A stretch of 30,831 bases of DNA from Bauldia sp. (GTDB taxonomy: Bacteria; Pseudomonadota; Alphaproteobacteria; Rhizobiales; Kaistiaceae), in contig DASZQY010000239.1 in NCBI GenBank assembly GCA_035549395.1, positions 1 to 30,831 of the forward strand, given 5' to 3'. Within the stretch, counting starts at the first letter, position 1; each line of letters begins with the position of its first letter. Shown piece by piece: positions 27,971 to 30,831 of this stretch. Below the pieces are notes generated by a model. That model saw only the letters and a program-made list of their open reading frames with translations. It had not been told where the DNA came from and ran no database searches. A program made the position numbers and the translations under genes.

Positions 27971-28053
27971 TGCAATCGAGTGCAATTTGACCCGATTTTC
28001 TTCGTCACACATTGACATTTGTCGAGATAAGCGGCCATCTTCACACGTGGTCA
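27971..28053 (+). promoter_or_regulatory. Candidate promoter (TTGACA 28012-28017) flanked by two LacI-type sites
   Basis: TGCAATCGAGTGCA (27971-27984) and TTCACACGTGGTCA (28040-28053), each 11/14 to TGCACACGTGTGCA, 69 bp apart. Confidence 0.6.
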
Positions 28054-28073
28054 AAAATAATGGGAGGAATGGC

Positions 28074-29459
28074 ATGACCAAGCATATCGCGGCGCTGTCG
28101 GCGTCGCTTCTCGCTCTGGGGTTATGCGGGCAGCTGGCAATTTCCACTGCCCGCGCCGATGAAATTACGATCCACGCATGGGCGTGGGCCGACCGTTCGG
28201 GCCCGATGCGCGCGACCAATCTGATCAACGCCGCGGATCTCATGAACAAGGAGTACAAGGCGGAAGGCATCGACCGCACGATCAAGGTCGATATGTACAA
28301 CGACAACGTCGATGGCTTCGACACCGACGCGCGCAATCTCCTGAAGGCGTTCGCGGTCGGAAAGGGTCCGGACGTCTTCCCGATGGCCCACGAATGGCTG
28401 GGCGAGTTCGCCTCCGACGGCTACGTCATGGACATGGAACCGTTCATCAACCAGTTCCCCGAGTACTTCTCGGATGTCGTCCCGGTGCTGTGGGATGCGA
28501 CGAAGTACAAGGGCGATCGTTATGCGATCCCGCAGGACACCGAAATCCGCATGTTCTTCTACAACAAGGACATGCTGCGGAAGATCGGCAAGGACGAAGC
28601 CTTCATTAACGGCCTCCCGGCGATGGTCGATTCGGGCCAGTTCACGATGGACGACATGACGGCCCTCGCCAAGGAAGTCGTCGACAAGGGCGCTGCCAAG
28701 TACGGCATCGTGCACCGCCCGAACAGCGGTCCGGACTACCTGATGACCTTCTCCGCCTTCGGCGTGAAGTTCATCAACGCCGATGGCAAGCTGCTCCTCA
28801 CCAAGAAGGAGATGAAGGACGCCCTGACCTGGTTCGCCAACAACGTCAAAGAAGGCGTCACACCCGCCAACCTGACGTCGATGACGTTCGACTCGATCCA
28901 GCAGTCGTTCAAGCAGGAGCAGACGTTCATCTATCATCACGGCGTTTGGACGACCGCCCAGTTCCAGCTTGGCGATGCCATGGGTGCGACGTGGCCGACG
29001 GACGAAGCCGGCTATTTCCACAAGATCGGCTGGCTCAATGCGCCGTCGGCGGTGAAGGGCGGCAAGCCAACCAACCTCTCCCATCCGATCGTCTACGCGG
29101 TCAATCCGAAGGGTGAGCACCCCGACATCGCCGCCATGCTGGTCGCCTACGCGACCCAGCCGTACTTCAACGTCCAGCACGCCGTTACCAGCGCGCACAT
29201 GGCCATCACCAACGCCGAGACGGGCATGCCCCAGTACAAGGCGCAGTGGGCGCTGGCCGATGCCGTGCCGATGCTTCAGTACACCTCGTTCATCCCGAAC
29301 CACCCGAAATTCGGCATCTACAACGGCATCCTGTTCCAGGCTCTGCAGGGCGTGGAGACGGGTCGCCTGACACCGGATTCGGCGATAGACTTTCTGAGCC
29401 AGGAGCTGAGCAATCAGCTTGGCGACGACGTAGTCATCGCCGATTCGGCCACGCAGTAA
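28074..29459 (+). CDS. Carbohydrate ABC substrate-binding protein (CUT1)
   Basis: Signal peptide MTKHIAALSASLLALG...ARA/DE, GPDVFPMAHEW, YAIPQDTEIRMFFYNKD; GGGAGG 6 nt upstream of the ATG. Confidence 0.9.
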   Translation: MTKHIAALSASLLALGLCGQLAISTARADEITIHAWAWADRSGPMRATNLINAADLMNKEYKAEGIDRTIKVDMYNDNVDGFDTDARNLLKAFAVGKGPDVFPMAHEWLGEFASDGYVMDMEPFINQFPEYFSDVVPVLWDATKYKGDRYAIPQDTEIRMFFYNKDMLRKIGKDEAFINGLPAMVDSGQFTMDDMTALAKEVVDKGAAKYGIVHRPNSGPDYLMTFSAFGVKFINADGKLLLTKKEMKDALTWFANNVKEGVTPANLTSMTFDSIQQSFKQEQTFIYHHGVWTTAQFQLGDAMGATWPTDEAGYFHKIGWLNAPSAVKGGKPTNLSHPIVYAVNPKGEHPDIAAMLVAYATQPYFNVQHAVTSAHMAITNAETGMPQYKAQWALADAVPMLQYTSFIPNHPKFGIYNGILFQALQGVETGRLTPDSAIDFLSQELSNQLGDDVVIADSATQ

Positions 29460-29464
29460 GGAAC

Positions 29465-29493
29465 AGGCGCGGGGCTCTAGCGGCCTCGCGCCT
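29465..29493 (+). other. Intercistronic stem-loop after the SBP gene
   Basis: AGGCGCGGGG / CCTCGCGCCT, 10 bp with one G-U pair, 9-nt loop, no U-tract. Confidence 0.55.
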
Positions 29494-29516
29494 CCTCCTC
29501 ACGGGATTCGCCGCTC

Positions 29517-30431
29517 ATGTCCCGCGCTGCCGTCAGCAAGCGCCGCGAACGTGCCAACATGGCCCTGTTCCTGGGGCCGGCGTGCATCATCCTGCTCGGT
29601 TTCTTTATCGCGCCGGCGGTCGTCGATGTCGGAATTGCGTTCACGGACATGGGGCAAAACATCCGCGTCACCACGGTGACGCTGGAAAACGTCCGCCGCA
29701 TCTTCCTCAGCGACAGCCAGCTGCCCAAGGTTCTCAGCGTTACCACCCTTTACGTCGTCGGCACGCTGGCGCTGTTTAACGTCGGCTTCGCCCTCGTGAT
29801 GGCGCTGACCACGACTTCGGTCTCGCAGCCGACGGGGGCGTTGTTCCGGGGCATCTGGCTGTTGCCGCGGTTCAGCCCGTCGGTGGTGTACGCGCTTCTG
29901 TGGGTCTGGGTGGTCGACGCCAGCGACTTCGGTCTGCTCAACCAGATGCTGCACGCCGTCGGACTCGCCCCGTTCGACATGCGCGACCAGGCGCCGATCG
30001 CGTTGATCATCATCGCGAACGGCTTCATCGGGACGGGTACGGGGATGATCATTCTCACCAGCTCGATCCGGGCCATCCCCGAGCACCTTTTCCACGCCGC
30101 GCGCGTTGATGGGGCCGGCGGTTTTGCCATCACCCGCTTCGTCGTCCTGCCGGCGCTGCGCTGGCCGCTCAGCTTCATCACGATCTTCCAGGCGCTCTCG
30201 CTGCTCACCAGCTTCGAGTACATCTGGCTGATCACCAATGGCGGTCCGTTCTACGACACGACCGTCTATGCGCTCATGGTCTACAAGCGCGCCTTCCAGA
30301 ACGGCCAGTACGCCTATGGCGCCGCGCTGGCACTCATCCTCATCGTCATTGGCATCGTCGTCACGCTGGTGTCGTGGCGGCTGCTTGACTTGCGTTCGCT
30401 GCTGCAGCGCCCGCGCATCGAGGTGCAATAA
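29517..30431 (+). CDS. Carbohydrate ABC permease (MalF-like)
   Basis: HAARVDGAG EAA-type loop, LTSFEYIWLITNGGP; 304 aa. Confidence 0.92.
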   Translation: MSRAAVSKRRERANMALFLGPACIILLGFFIAPAVVDVGIAFTDMGQNIRVTTVTLENVRRIFLSDSQLPKVLSVTTLYVVGTLALFNVGFALVMALTTTSVSQPTGALFRGIWLLPRFSPSVVYALLWVWVVDASDFGLLNQMLHAVGLAPFDMRDQAPIALIIIANGFIGTGTGMIILTSSIRAIPEHLFHAARVDGAGGFAITRFVVLPALRWPLSFITIFQALSLLTSFEYIWLITNGGPFYDTTVYALMVYKRAFQNGQYAYGAALALILIVIGIVVTLVSWRLLDLRSLLQRPRIEVQ

Positions 30432-30831
30432 TGAGCGCAACGACGGCCATCTCCGGGACAGCCAGTCCCCCCGTCGCTGCCGGAACGGACTGGGCGGGGC
30501 TTGCCCGCCGTTCCAAGGCGGCGCAGCGCCGCCGCTCGTTCCTGCTGCACGCCTTCCTGTTCATCTGCTCGCTGCCGGTGATCGTGCCGTACGTGTGGCT
30601 GCTGACGCTCGCCTTCTCGCCACGCGGCGCGCCGGTCGGAACAACGATCCTGTGGCGGGCGCTCGTCGTCATACTGCCGGCGATTGTCGTATGGCTGGTC
30701 ATGGCGGCCAGTCCACGCGGCAACACGCGGGCGCTCGGCGGGCTTGTCGTTGTCGTGGCGCTGGCCTTGCTCGCCGTTCTCGTAGGCCCGCTGATCAGCC
30801 TGGAGAACTGGCAGTTCCTGTTCAACCCGGA
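30431..30831 (+). CDS. Second carbohydrate ABC permease (MalG-like), truncated by the right edge
   Basis: TAATG stop/start overlap; manual translation MSATTAISG...HAFLFICSLPVIVPYVWLL...SLENWQFLFNP is open to the window end. Not in the ORF track. Confidence 0.82.
   Translation, partial: MSATTAISGTASPPVAAGTDWAGLARRSKAAQRRRSFLLHAFLFICSLPVIVPYVWLLTLAFSPRGAPVGTTILWRALVVILPAIVVWLVMAASPRGNTRALGGLVVVVALALLAVLVGPLISLENWQFLFNP

Overview
High-GC bacterial DNA, probably Alphaproteobacteria/Hyphomicrobiales (inferred from gene content and a rhizobial-type lac operon). It is a dense catabolic region made of four back-to-back modules, each with a LacI-family regulator, an ABC importer and hydrolase(s). (1) <1-7363: a GH116 glycoside hydrolase that the ORF track misses because it runs off the left edge, an Rbs-type sugar ABC system and a divergent LacI. 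(2) 7424-15006: an Agrobacterium/Sinorhizobium-type lactose operon lacR-lacEFGZK, with a divergent Gfo/Idh/MocA-aldo/keto-reductase fusion (15207-17204). (3) 17413-25425: an M24-fold hydrolase with a remodelled substrate site, a cupin, a LacI, a PotABCD-like importer and an amidohydrolase. (4) 25502->30831: an inositol-monophosphatase-family gene divergent from a LacI, followed by a CUT1 sugar ABC system. A distinct candidate operator motif can be read for each LacI. No mobile elements, tRNA/rRNA or CRISPR arrays were seen. Most promising leads: module 3, whose two promoter regions share paired sites 68 bp apart; the GH116 module; and a strand-specific terminator in 26501-26680 that may define a ~145-nt LacI-controlled sRNA or attenuator. 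All calls come from manual reading and motif recall; no database searches were run.
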